In this document: piece after piece, positions 50,287 through 63,049 of the stretch
Layout: each line of letters starts with the position of its first letter
Position numbering within the stretch: position 1 is the stretch's first letter
Source: Raja brachyura
Lineage: Eukaryota
Length of the DNA stretch: 64,000 nt
NCBI GenBank assembly: GCA_963514005.1
Contig: OY740785.1
Location: 54,808,001 to 54,872,000, forward strand
Reading direction: 5' to 3'
Made by a program: the position numbers and the translations under genes
Notes under the pieces: model-generated
Database searches by the model: none
Told to the model about the DNA's origin: nothing
Seen by the model: the letters and a program-made list of their open reading frames with translations, nothing else

Positions 50287-50752
50287 TCAAGGGGTCTAAG
50301 ACCCATGTATGCCTTCCTGTAAGGCAAGCTACAAAGGAGTTTCCACACGCTGAGTATGGTGCCTATGAAAATGGAATTCTGATTCTCCAGTATCTTGGTT
50401 AGGTCTGGATGAGGTCCCTAGAGCAAGATAAAATGTCGAAACTCTAATCAGTCAAGGGTTCTAAAGACCCATGAGATTCTAAGGCAGGCTCCATGGGAGT
50501 TTCCATGCACTAAGTATGGTGCCTATAAAGAATGAGAATCTCATTCATCAGTGCCTTGCATAGGTCTGGATGAAGTCCTTAGAGCAAGATAAAATGCTCA
50601 AAACTCTAAACAATTAAGGGTTTTAAGACCCATGAGATTCTAAGGCAGGCTCCGAAGGAGTTTCCATACACTGAGTATGGTGCCTATGAAGAATGAGAAT
50701 CTCATTCACCAGTGCCTTGCATAGGTCTTGATGAAGTCTCCCTAGAGCAAGA
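50287..50752 (+). repeat. Tandem repeat, about 163 bp x about 3 copies, inside the DIRS ORF1 region
   Basis: AAGACCCATG, GTATGGTGCCTAT and TAGAGCAAGA each recur three times. Confidence 0.85.
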
Positions 50753-52793
50753 CTCGGGAGTACCAAGGCAGGATGAAACTGACCCTGAAGCTGGTGTCCC
50801 TACTTATGTGTATACACCAGAGCACAAAAGAAATATTCCGTGTGTTCCCGATGTAGCACCAAGTTTTGCTATATCGGAATGGACTGGTGAGGCTATGGAT
50901 GAACCTGGAGGCCAACACTATTTGGTTTCTCACCTACTCCAAGATACTGATATGACTGAAACAGTAAATAATATATAAAAATATATAAAACACCCGTCTA
51001 TTGTGCCTCGCTCAGGCTGCCAATAGTAATTGGGCACTCATGAGTGTAACGATGCGAGGACAGGAAATGTGTTCCAGCATGTCCTCTAGCTGATATTCAG
51101 TTGGCATCACTGTATTTGGGGAAGACATACGTGGGTCGATTATGTCCAATACTTTTAAGACATGCTTGCTTTACTCTGCAAAGCATATTCAAACCCGATT
51201 GTATGATGAAAATTACCATTGGCTAACATTATACCCAAAAAATGCAGGATTATGTGGGCAAGCTATAACCAGATTTATGATTGATGAATACGAACCCCTA
51301 TATTAAGAGGAGATCTTCTGGTTCATTTAAGGAAGTACAGAAACAGCATTCCATTACACATGGAATTTCTGGGAAAACAACCTCTGGTTGGTTAAGATTA
51401 CAATTGTTTTGTAATTCTGCATTAAATCTGATCAGCTTGGTGTTTGAATGTACCAGCAACTCGTCAGGTAGAGATAATATATCCCAGACACAAGTATGGG
51501 GGTTGCCGAGTCATTCTAGGACTCACAAACTTAAATTCATAGTTCAGTATGAACATTTAAAAAAAGTACACTTCAGCATTATAATGAAGTTGTTATCACA
51601 AGGCTACTATGTGGTTATTTTTTAGACTTAAAAAAGATGCCTTATTATTCAGGTACTTCAATTAATTGGATGGGTCAGCTGAAGGAATTACCTAATGGGT
51701 TAAATTCAGCCCTCAGATTGCTCACACAATTATTGAAACCAGCACTGGTGTTAATGAGGGATCAGAATCACATTGTAATGACTTATCTAGAGGATATGTT
51801 AATTGTAAATGGAAGACAGCTGAAGAACTGAGTTCAGCAACCATAAGCCTATTGAAAGGCTAAGGTTCTGTACATCCAAACAACATGGAAGTTACAGGCA
51901 TCCCAAACAATTGATTATTTGTGGTTTGTCTTTAATACAGTTGATATGTGAGTAACTTTATCAACAAATTAAGGTTGGGGATGTTACAAATGCCTGTATT
52001 TGTCTTGGTAAAAAACATTATCCCACCATCCAAGAAGTAGCTACGGTTACTGGTAAAGTGATAGCAGCATTCATGCTGTCAGATTGGGACCTCTGCATGA
52101 TCAAAGTCTGCAAAGACCAGAGTATAAGAGTAAAAGCGTGCAGGTTATTGATTAGGTCCATGCAGTTACCAACTAAAGGTTGAGCTGAATTCAATGATGG
52201 ATTCTCAATGTTGAACAAGTTACTAGAAGTAAAAATGTACTAGTTCAGAAGTCTTCAGTGTTATTACAGACTGATGAGAGTGCTCTCGGATGGGGAGCTT
52301 AGGACAGCGACACCAGTTGTGGTGATCGATGGACTGTCCAAGACGATTAATTCTCGAAATACATGGTTGAATTATTTGGAGTTATTTGGGGTGTTTTATG
52401 CATTGATAGCTGTTGTTCTACAATAAAGAACTTACATGTTCAATTACGAGTAGACAATACCACAACTATGGGAGAATACATATTGTGATAAGACAACAGA
52501 TCACGAAAGTGCAATGACAATACAGAATGAATGTTAAAATTCAAAAAGTTTCAAAAAGATTGTCAGACAGTATGTGTACCAAATGTTGATCTGTTGTATC
52601 TGGATTAAATGTCCAGTGGTCCAAATGTGTCTCGTGAGAGTCAGACCCAGGAACATTAGCGGTGGATGCATTCTCGCTACATTGGGGAAGTATAGTCTGT
52701 TATGTTTTCCCCATTTTGTCTGATTAGACAATGTGTCGCCAAAATAGAGCAAGTCTCCGTCGCAGGCGTTTGGTGGTTCCAAATTGGTATTGA

Positions 52794-52873
52794 TCTCGGC
52801 CTTATGGCTAAGATCAAGTGTAGTATCTGTTCTTATCAGTTAATATCTGATACGTCCCTTATCTAGGGACCAT
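52794..52873 (+). pseudogene. RNU2: U2 snRNA pseudogene fragment (about nt 7-87)
   Basis: TCTCGGCCTTATGGCTAAGATCAAGTGTAGTATCTGTTCTTATCAGTTAATATCTGATACGTCC. Branch-point recognition GTAGTA at 52820-52825. No Sm site or 3' domain. Confidence 0.93.
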
Positions 52874-54587
52874 TACTACACAGCCATTGTTCCCATTGGT
52901 GCTTAGAATGAAGATTCAGACATTCATGACAAATTCCAGGTGCAGTAATTGTTGGTACATCCAGTAACAGCGGAAGTCATCCATTACATGACCGTATTAA
53001 TTGTCAATCTGCAGCTTCTGATGGAATGTCGGATAGGACCATGGATGTCATAACTGTAGTTTGGAGAGATAGCACTAAGAAACAATATATGTGTCATATA
53101 AGGAATGGAAAATCTTTTTGTATACAGTCAGATATATTTTATCATACTGCAAATATATTGGATGTATTGGAATGGTTTGTCCTCCTATTTAGGACTATTT
53201 CAGAATCGACAACTATCAGGTCTCATCTGTTAATATCCCGATTTATGAGAGGAATTTTAATAAATTCCTACCAAACCTAGATATTCAGAAATCTGGGATG
53301 TCAGTATAGTTCTCACATTGCTTTGGCAATGGACTCCAATTACGACACTGTCTTTTCAGAAGTTAATATTTAAAGTGGTTATGTTCATACCATTAATATC
53401 AGCACAATGAGTACAAACATTACAAATGTTGTGGTTAGATTGTATACAGTTGGCTGTAGATAAAATAACATTTTACGTCAATGATCTAAGCAAGCAAAGC
53501 AAGCCAAGAAAGGCTGGAACCAATGTAATTTTTAAGACATACGCTGTCAACTAAACATTGTGTGTGGTTAAGCATTTGAATTAATATATATTGAATTAAG
53601 AGTCTCCGGGATTGTGAGATACCAATGTTCATTACCCACAAAATAACATATAAAAGTGACAGTACAAACTATTCTAGATGGATAAACAGGTTTTGGATTA
53701 ACTGGAGTAGACACTGATGTGTATAAATCTCACTCCACAAGGGCGATATCAATGTCCGCGGCGAAGGTGCAGGACGTGCCGCTCGACCAAATTCTGGAGA
53801 CTGCAGGATGGTCTAAAAATGAAACTTTCCTAGTTTTATGATAAACCTGTTGTTACAGTGCCAGAGTTGCACATGCTGTGTTGGGTTCTGTTCAAAATTG
53901 TTTGCTTTGTTGCATAACATTTGTTGTTATTTCCCCTGGTGTAGAGGGATTATTATTTTTTGTTTTATTATTATTAATAATAAAAAATAAATAAATAAGT
54001 AAATAAGAAATAACATTTTATATATAAAATTTTATATAGAAACTCCTCATAAACTAAAGATCAAACTTCGAACAGGTAAATTCTTGTTTAATCTTACTAT
54101 TTTGGTGCTCCGTGACTGATTCATACTCCACTCAATAAGTGGCTTTGCAAAAGCTGTCATCTCCATCCTTTTTCTGGTACTTGCACATGGGCATAAAACT
54201 GATTCCAGTCACAGACCATATCCTTAAATTCTACCCTTGATAAAATTGCATTAAATTAAACTTCCTCTCCTTATGATTTATGAACCTTGGAAGAACACTA
54301 CAATATTTAGGTGTGTGCGTTCTTTTGTTTACAATTCAAAGAGTGAAAAATAACCTAAAAATAAAATCATATCTGTGGTTGAGTTTTGTTGGACCATATC
54401 AAATCCAGCAAGCACCTAATTTCCATTGTGAGCCCTTACCCATTTCCATCTATTGTGTCTCAAACACAAGTAATCTATAAAATGGCTTTTTGTTTATATA
54501 AGAAAAACTGGGGACAATGTAACCTATCGTACAGGTATGCATTGCAGTTTGTAATCCTAAATCTAAAGAAGCACAGCCACATTTAAC

Positions 54588-54693
54588 ACTGAAGAAGTCT
54601 GAAGAATGGTTTCAACCTGAAACATCACCCATTCCTTCTCTCCAGAGATGCTGCCTGACCCGCTAGGTTACTCCAACATTTTGTGTCTGACCG
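54588..54693 (+). mobile_element. Hammerhead-type mini-retroposon copy (degenerate)
   Basis: CTGAAGA..GAAACATC at 54599-54626. TSD ACATTTAAC at 54579-54587 and 54694-54702. Confidence 0.7.
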
Positions 54694-55333
54694 ACATTTA
54701 ACCCTACCTGCTCTAGAATATTCAAGATTATTTAAATCTATATTCCCATCACACGTTTGTAACAGCAACTTAAAATGTGAATAGATATGTGATTAAACCT
54801 TCAGAATAATTGTACAGAATTATTCTGAGAAAATGACCTGTTAAACATAGCAAGTCGTTGAGTACAAAAATACTTTAATCAGCAATAATCTGATGTGCAA
54901 CTGTAGTAACCTTTACATGTCGTACATGAGATAATTATACAGTTCAATTATTCAACTAAATGCGCTAGTTTGCCTAAATTCTACTTACTGACCTATATAC
55001 ACAGTGCATTGTACACTAAAATAGAAATCACATGCAGGTTTCTCTTCCATCTTTTCAATTCAAAGCTGAAGTGAATGAATCTTGATTAAATATAACTATC
55101 TATTGTTTGCCCTAAGGGTTTACTATCAATGAAATATTTTGACAGCCCACTAAGTTACAGAAATTGAATATTGTTAATATTTGTAATTATGTGATGTTCT
55201 TTTCCGGAGAGCAGGAAGTGACTCATAAATACTGACAATGGAAAAATGAAAATGAACAGCATAACTGGCCTGTAAACAAAATACAAAGATATTACAATCC
55301 CAGTGTTGGTGCATAATAACCCAAAGTCCTTAA

Positions 55334-56041
55334 GGGCCTGTCCCACTTAGGCGATTTTTCAGTGGACTGCTGGTGACTGTCAAGTGGCCTGCAGTCGCCT
55401 GGAAAACCGGCAACTGGAACGGCGACTGTCAGAGTGGAACACACACAAACACACACAAACACATCGCTTCCTTCACCAGCCCGTTATGCAGGTGGGGACA
55501 GGGCAAGTGGGGTGAGTGCTGTCTAATAAATTCACATGGTGCAAAGCCAAGGTGATGCAGACACACACTGTGATGAACAGGAAGGTTGGTGCTCTAATTA
55601 AGACGGCTAAAGCACAGTGCTTTAAAAGAGGGGGGAAGAGAGGGGGGAGAAGGAGTGGAGACAACTTTTATTAAGCCAGAGATACACGGCTGTGAAGCTC
55701 GGCAGACATTTACCATTACCAGATAGTAATCCTTGGTTGTGAAAACTACTGACCTTTCTTTTTCCCAATGAGCCAATGTAATTCACCAGCTACACCCACG
55801 AGAATCTCGGAGAACCTTCGACCTCCTGGTGACCCACCTACGGCACGAGAGTTCTCGCTACTCTCCATGGCAGCTTCATGTTGAACATGAACATGTTGAA
55901 ATATTTGCGCCGACCATAATGAGGCCACGACTAGTTCCCAGTATGCAGGAACTCGCGACCATGAAGGCGACTCCTCGGCAACTACCTGCGAACATGTGGC
56001 GAATGCATAGTCTCCTGCAGTCGCCTAAGTGGGACAGGCCC
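55334..56041. mobile_element. MITE, possibly PIF/Harbinger-like
   Basis: TIRs GGGCCTGTCCCACTTAGGCGA and TCGCCTAAGTGGGACAGGCCC. Confidence 0.85.
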
Positions 56042-56439
56042 ATTAGTGTAACCAATCACGTCCTGTAGTTCATAGTTGAGGTTAGTGTTGTGTAGTGGCT
56101 GCAAATAAGCTATTCTTGAACCTGGTGGTCACTGTTTTCAGACTTGTACATCATTTTCCTGATTGTTGGAGTAAATTGAGTTTGAGGCCAGGGTGTGTCT
56201 TAGTGATATTGGCTGTCTTTTTGAGACAGCGCCTCCACTACTACACTGCAGATAGTCAAACTGTGTGCAGGCTAACCTCTGCACACAGTTTGAATGACAC
56301 AAAACATATTTGGTTCTTCGGAGAGTGGATGACATTAGGCCCATCATTTATTGGCTAACATTAATGTAATAGTTTAAATTTGTCAAATTAGATCTTCTGT
56401 AATGCAAGCAATTCATTATATGATGCCTTTAAATATTAT

Positions 56440-57063
56440 TGCCTACCTTGTGGACTATGATGGTACCATATACCGCAGGAGCCGCCAACACCTGCTTGCC
56501 GTGAAGGAACCACGTCCACCACCAGCCGGTCCTTATGCTCCACCACTGCAGTTCCAGCCGTTTGCTGCCGTGCCTTCCACCAGCTCCAGCATGTCCCGTA
56601 CCTCTCCACGACCTGCGGCTATGATTAACCACAAAAGTATCTCCCCTGCATGCTTCCCCCTGTCGGTCACCACGGGTGTCCCCTGCTGCTTTCTCTCTTC
56701 CGGGTTCACCACCACGTTTTAATCTTTCTGGCGAAGGGGGAGAGGGCTTGGTCCGTACGTGTTCGGGCCGGAATAGTAAACCGCCTGATAGAAATGGCGA
56801 ATATGTTTAAATTCTTATGACACGTGTGCTTACTATACTCTTTAAGGGGAAGGATGTAGATTGGTTTATGCATGAAAACCAATCATAGTAGAATAGCATC
56901 ACTAACCCCACCCTACTGTACGATTTATGTTGACACCCACTTCCTGTACTGGTCAGTCTTGGAAGCGGCCATTCTAGCAACTAACAACCTGCTGTACCGC
57001 TATAGTTTGAATACTGATTAAAGATGATCTTGGATTTCAGATTGTGTTATGTAGTCATTTACA
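56440..57063 (+). mobile_element. Gypsy 3' remnant: integrase tail, polypurine tract and 3' LTR (56855-57063)
   Basis: YLVDYDGTIYRRSRQHLLAVKE is homologous to ORF 25454..25717. Purine tract AAGGGGAAGGA is followed by TG..CA. Confidence 0.75.
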
Positions 57064-58153
57064 GGTAGCATACTCTAAAAGTCACTGAACATTTAATTAA
57101 GATAACCAAAGTATCATTAATTTTTGCAGTGCAGAATTAATTATGACAACAATTTTGTCATCTATATTTTGCAGTGGAAAGAAAAAACACTGCAATATTG
57201 ATAAACAGCAGAATCTATTTGTTCAAACCTCTGTTCTTGACCATGCACACTTTCCCTTTGATTTGGTATAAATCTCAAAGTTTGCCTACAGTAGCAAGAA
57301 GCCAAAAGGTGAGGCAATGAATAATGTTTGCAAAAATAAGACGTCGATTTTTGACATTAGTTTATTTTTATATATAAACTTTCAAATGCAAATCAACTAT
57401 TTGAAACATGAGAAAGTAAGCGTTATGTGACTGTTGTTTTATTGTATTTTAAATTTTTTGTTGTTTGTTAAAGAATACCAGATGCTCTGCACATGATGCC
57501 AAACATATGGTATTTGGTAATACTCCAATGATCTGCAATAGATTGTAGTAATGTATAAGAAAAGAGCCTTTTACAGACTGCACTGACATGTTAAATTTTA
57601 CAGCTGGGTTCAATTTTGGCACACTGGACCTTTGCTTGCAACGCATTTTGAGATTTTTTTCAACACTTATATTTTTATAATGATTTAACGTTAGAGAAAA
57701 TATAAAAGAACTGTACAAGATAATTGTTCTGTGGAAGTTTTTGTTCAATTTTTACTCATTTGCTTCAGTCTTATTTGTAAAAGATGAAAATTATGTTCAA
57801 CAAAAGTCTTGGGTAACAGGTGGATCAGGAATAATTAATTTAGAAATGAGATCATAATTACAAAATATTTTTAATATAAACACTTCATTTTTCATAAATA
57901 GTCTTTATTGTTCCCACATTTGTTAACATTAAAGTGTGTGAGAAAATATATCATCCTAGGTGGTCATCATTTTAGGTAGTCTCTCAGGATTAAGGAGACC
58001 TGCTTCCACTGTTTTGCGAGACTAAGGTAGCTAATGAGGCCAGTATGGGAATTCCATTTTTTTTACAAATGAGGCCGGTAGAGGTTGATAAGCTGGATGG
58101 GCATGTAGTGCATAAGGTCACCTGGTCCCTCTTCCGCATGCAGGACCTGTGTG

Positions 58154-58353
58154 NNNNNNNNNNNNNNNNNNNNNNNNNNNNNNNNNNNNNNNNNNNNNNN
58201 NNNNNNNNNNNNNNNNNNNNNNNNNNNNNNNNNNNNNNNNNNNNNNNNNNNNNNNNNNNNNNNNNNNNNNNNNNNNNNNNNNNNNNNNNNNNNNNNNNNN
58301 NNNNNNNNNNNNNNNNNNNNNNNNNNNNNNNNNNNNNNNNNNNNNNNNNNNNN
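58154..58353. other. Assembly gap (200 N)
   Basis: Run of n. Confidence 1.
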
Positions 58354-59400
58354 CCCCCACTACGCGAGTCCCTCCCCCCAGCCTTTCTAGTTTAAAGTCT
58401 CCTTTGCAAATCTCCCCACCAGGATATTGGTTCCCCTCGGGTTCAAGTGCAACCCGTCCTTTTTATACAGATCATGCCTTCCCCAAAAGAGGTCCCAGTG
58501 ATCAAGAAACTTGAATCCCTGCCCAGTGCACCAGTCCCTCAACCACGCATTTATCCTCCACCTCATTCCATTTCTACTCTCACTGTCACGTGGCACAGGC
58601 AGTAATCCTGAAATTGTTACTCTTTTGGTCCTTCTCCTTAACTTTCCCCCCAACAACTCCCTAAATTCTCCTTTCAGGACCTCTTCCCTTTTTCTGCCTG
58701 TGTCATTGGTACCAATGTGTACCACAACATCAGGCTCCTCTCCCTCCCTTTTCGACACGTTCTGACACATCCGAGACCCTGGCACCAGGGAGGCAAACTA
58801 CCATCCTGGTCTCCCGACCGTTTCCACAGAATCGCCAATCCGACCCCCTAACTATGGAGTCCCCTATTACAATTGCCCTCCTCTTTTTGCTACCCTTCTG
58901 AGCATCAGGGCTGTTCTCTGTGCCGGAGGCCCGGCTGCTGTTGCTGCCCCCAGGTAGGCTGTTCGCTCCAATTGAACTCAAACATGAGTACCTATTTTCC
59001 AGGTGTACAGCTACCGGGGTACTCTCTAGTCCCTGCCTCTGCCCCTTGCCCTTCCTAACAGTGACCCACTTGTCTGCCTCCCGTGGTCTGGGAGTGACCA
59101 CCTCCCTGTAACTCCTGTCTATGACCTCCTTGTTCTTCCTGACCAGACGGCGGTCCTCGAGCTGTTGCTCCATCTTCCTAACGCAGTCCTTTAGGAGCCC
59201 CATCTTGACACACCTGGCGTGAATGTGGATGTCTGGAGGGCTATCAGCCTCCCTGACCTCCCACATCTTACATTCACAACAGTACACTGCCTTGGCCTTC
59301 ATACTTCCCCCCTTACACAGAATACAATCTCAACACAATAAAAAGTACACAACAAACTACTGGAATCTGACTGCCAATCAGTTGCTAACCCTACTCCACT
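58354..59400 (-). mobile_element. CR1 LINE 5' portion: ORF1 (zinc finger and SGNH esterase), frameshifted, running into the gap
   Basis: CCECKMWE, VIGDSIVRG, CLPGA, VHIGTND and DGLHLN. Confidence 0.88.
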
Positions 59401-59465
59401 TCCCACCAATCAGCGGCTTCCTCAAAAAAAAACACTTCTCCGAATGGAATGTTATGGATTTTGGT

Positions 59466-59660
59466 AAGCAAGCCCCACGCTGGATTTTTAAGCTTATCGG
59501 TTGGGTGTTGCTCCTCCTCCTCCTCCTCCTCCTCTTTCAACGGTTCCTGTGGGCCTCTGAAAAAGCAAGCCCCGCGCTGGATTTTTAACCTTACCGGCCG
59601 GGTGTTGTTCCACCTCCCCCCCCCCCCCCCCCCCCCTCCAACGGCTCTTGTGGGCCTCGG
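59466..59660. repeat. Two tandem units of about 97 bp upstream of CR1 ORF1
   Basis: AAGCAAGCCCC.CGCTGGATTTTTAA..CAACGG.TC.TGTGGGCCTC occurs twice. Confidence 0.65.
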
Positions 59661-62140
59661 CCACCGTCTTGTAAATACCCTTCAGAAACTTCTATTTCAG
59701 TACAATTATCTATGGACAGATATATGGACAGGAAGGATTTAGAGAGATATGGGCCAATTGCCCAAAACACCAACTTGACTTAAGTTGGGCCAAAGTGGCT
59801 GTTTCCATGCTGTATAGCTCTAAGCTCTGCAAGACTTATAATTATCTTCTGGCCAGCATGTTGCACATTTACCCTCTGGGAATGTGCATGAACACATGAT
59901 GGAATGTTTTTCCTCACTCTTGCCTTGTACATGCGGGTAACCTTTGCAAAGTATTAAATGGGGGCTTGCATGCTAAGCTTTTCTAGCCATGCTATCCTTT
60001 GGTCAAGATGTATTTGGTAGTTCCACGTGACGTTTCTCCCTCAACAATTACCTCCACTTAGATCTAATTTTCATTTGAAAGAAACTGTTAAGGGATGGCA
60101 AAAATATAATACCCCTTTCTAAAGAGAACATTGCAAAAAGATCAGGAACATACACTTTTTAAATACTTTGTGTACCCAACTAAATGCAACATCGTAATGC
60201 CGCTAATTGCTGGTGTTTTACACAGTCATGCCCACTCATTAGGTAAGAGATTTAAATACAAAATACTGTTTTGAAATATTTGGATAGTAATTGTATGAAT
60301 CTGAAACAAAAAGTAAAATTGTAGATGTGAAAGTATGGTCTTAACCATTTTAATGGGGAAATGTTTTGATATATAATCTCTTAAATATGTGTTTCAATAA
60401 GAATTAAATGCATGGATACCAATTATGATCTTATGTTTTAAGCCTGTGTTTGATCACCAGATTGCTAAACTGAATTGTGAAGTAGGTTTTTTTTGTACAT
60501 GGACACAGGCACTGGAATAACCCTCTCAAATTACAGTATTTAACAGGCATTCTAGTGTCTGACTCAGACTGGCAAAACCTGGGGAGAAAGACTAAACCTG
60601 CTCCTTCACTGAGTAATCAGCAGTGCAGGTCAGGAGTCTCTGATTAGGGTCTGTAATCCTCCCAAGGTTTATCTGGGTATTGGTGCAATGACTCTGCAGA
60701 CAACTGAAGATTACCATAAACTCAAAGGACAGCAAGAAGGTTACAGAACTACTTAATACTTTAAATCCCTGCTCATTATCATTTGATTACTGAGACAGTT
60801 TTCTCCTTGAGGCTTAAATGAAAGAAAGCTCTCTTTTCGAGTTCAGTAAGAATAAGTCAGCATGAGCTTCTTGTGACAATTCTGTGATCCCTGCTGAAGC
60901 TATACATTTTCCAAACTGTAGCCTCCTTTCTTTCTGCAGCTTGTTTTTGGTCAAGGCTAATTCTGACACTTGATAGCATAGAGAACCATTCTAAATATGT
61001 TCACTTAAATACACGAGGCATTGTATTTTGCTCACTCTTTTGCAGTAAGCACTTTGTTTAGTCAAATGGATATTCAACAGAATAGTCTACATACTTTAAT
61101 CTTGCGGTGAAATGTAAAATGAACGTGAGAACCGAAAAGCTTGAACTTAGAACAATCTTTATTTATGTATTATTAGGAAATTAACAAAGTTATTTTATTT
61201 TGGTTACTGATGTTTCATCATGGATAAACTGCCTAAAACTATGTAGATTTATTTTAATGAGGATCAATCTCTCAAACTTAGACTTAGGGACGGCAAATTC
61301 CGGTCATGTTAATTCAGAGGACCAAGAATATTCCTGTAATCTATAACTTTTCATAAGCAATTTATTGAATGATAACTTTACATATGCATAAAAATAGTAT
61401 GATTGTCAACTAAATAGAAAAGCTATTAGTTAGTTGCATATATTTATTTATGCTAAACATGTCTTCAGAAAAGCCTAACAAAGAAATAACATAATTCTGA
61501 TTATAATTGAAAGATTTATTAAGGTGCTGGATAATACTGAACGGATATTACAAATGTCTTGCTGTGTTAAAAGGCCATTGCGACTTAGAGATATGGAATA
61601 AAAATAATTAACTGTGCTTTACAATTTATGCTGGTTCTTCCATCGAGAACAGAATTTAATAGTACCAGGAACCTAATCCCTGCAAATGTTTAATCATTAA
61701 AATGTTAATTTGCACACATGCCCTTATTTGCATGTATCAACTGTTTTGATTTCAGGACCTTACAATGAGTTAAATTTGCATAATATTCCACAGCAGGTTT
61801 TATATATGCGTATTTTCTCACATTTCTGTTAAATTATATTTCAGTCCAGAGATCTTCGCAGCTAGAAAACAAAGTTTGTGTCCAAGTGAGATGCCATAAT
61901 TGTGAAGGAATAAACATCCATGACATTTTTTCAAAGTCACAATATTGTGTTTTCTAAGTTTTTTCACAGTCCAATGGGCTATTCTTAATCTGAGCCATTC
62001 TTAGTATAGAAATATTTTTTTTTCCTTGGCAGAATACTCTTAATACTAAAACATTTGACAAAATTGTTAAAGTCAAGAGTGTTTAATTGTCATACATACC
62101 AACAATGGAGCAATGCAATTCTTATTTGCAGCAGCCTAAT

Positions 62141-62895
62141 GGGCCTGTCCCACTTAGGCGACTTTTTAGCTGACTACAGGAGACTATGCAGTTGCCATAT
62201 GGTCGCCACATGTTCGCAGGTGGTTGCCGGGGTGTCGCCTTTATTGTCGTGAGGAGTTCACGCATTCTGGGAACTAGTCGCGGCCACATTATGGTCACCG
62301 TGAATTTTTCAAAATGTTGAAAAATTAGCGGCGACTGGAATGAAGTTGCCATGGAGAGTAGCGAGAATGTTTGTGCCGTAGGTGGCTTGCCAGGAGGTCG
62401 AAGGTTCTCTTAGGTTCTCGTAGGTTGTAGCAGGTGCTGACCGGTGAATTTGATTGGCTCATTGGGAAAAAAAACGTAAGCAGTAGTTTTCAGAACCAAG
62501 GATAACCGACCGGTAATGTTAAATGTCCGCCAAGCTTCACAGCCGTGCATCTCTGGCTTCTTAAAAGTTGTCTCCATTCCTTCTCCCTCTTTCTCCCCTC
62601 CCCCCTCTTTTACCATACACTGTGCTTTAGCCGTCTTAATTACAGCACCAACCTTCTTGTTCATCGCAGGTGTCTGTATCACCTTGGCTTTGCACCGTGT
62701 GAATTTCACTCAGACAGCGCTCACCCCACTTGCCCTGTCCCTCGTCTGCATAACAGGCTGGTGAAGGAAGCGATGTGTGTGTGTGTGTGTTCCACTCTGA
62801 CAGTCGCCGTTCCAGTTGCTGGTTTTTCAGGCGACTGCCTGCAACTTGACAGTCACCGGCAGTCGCCTCAAAAATCGCCTAAGTGGGACAGGCTC
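62141..62895. mobile_element. MITE, same family as 55334-56041, opposite orientation
   Basis: Same TIRs; the interior is the reverse complement. Confidence 0.85.
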
Positions 62896-63049
62896 ATAGG
62901 CCCGTAAATGCAATACATGCAGACAATCTATAATAATATAAAACAATTCAATAAATTAACAGACATAATATGAGTCTAAAAAACTAGTCTTCAGTGCTTT
63001 TCAGGTTTCTATAACAACTATCCAATGGTAGTGAAATGAGAACATAGCC

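Larger units (their letters stand above)
49594..54103 (+). mobile_element. Old degraded DIRS-type retrotransposon with RT, RNase H, methyltransferase and recombinase remnants
   Basis: 5' end TTTTACTTCGGAGTCAC. LPNGLNSA and YLED near 51690-51800, LQTDESALGWGA at 52264, VDNTTT at 52450, HSTR at 53731, ILETAGWS at 53791. 3' end AATCTTACTATTT. Confidence 0.85.

Noticed and set aside
50287-50752. CRISPR-like array
   Set aside because: The whole unit repeats with no unique spacers, there are no cas genes, and the context is eukaryotic.
52794-52873. Functional U2 gene or a U2-targeting LINE (Utopia/Keno) insertion site
   Set aside because: The first nucleotides, the Sm site and the 3' stems are missing. 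Both flanks are contiguous DIRS sequence, and no LINE is joined to the fragment.
58045-58514. ORFs spanning X residues
   Set aside because: Artefacts of the 200-N gap.
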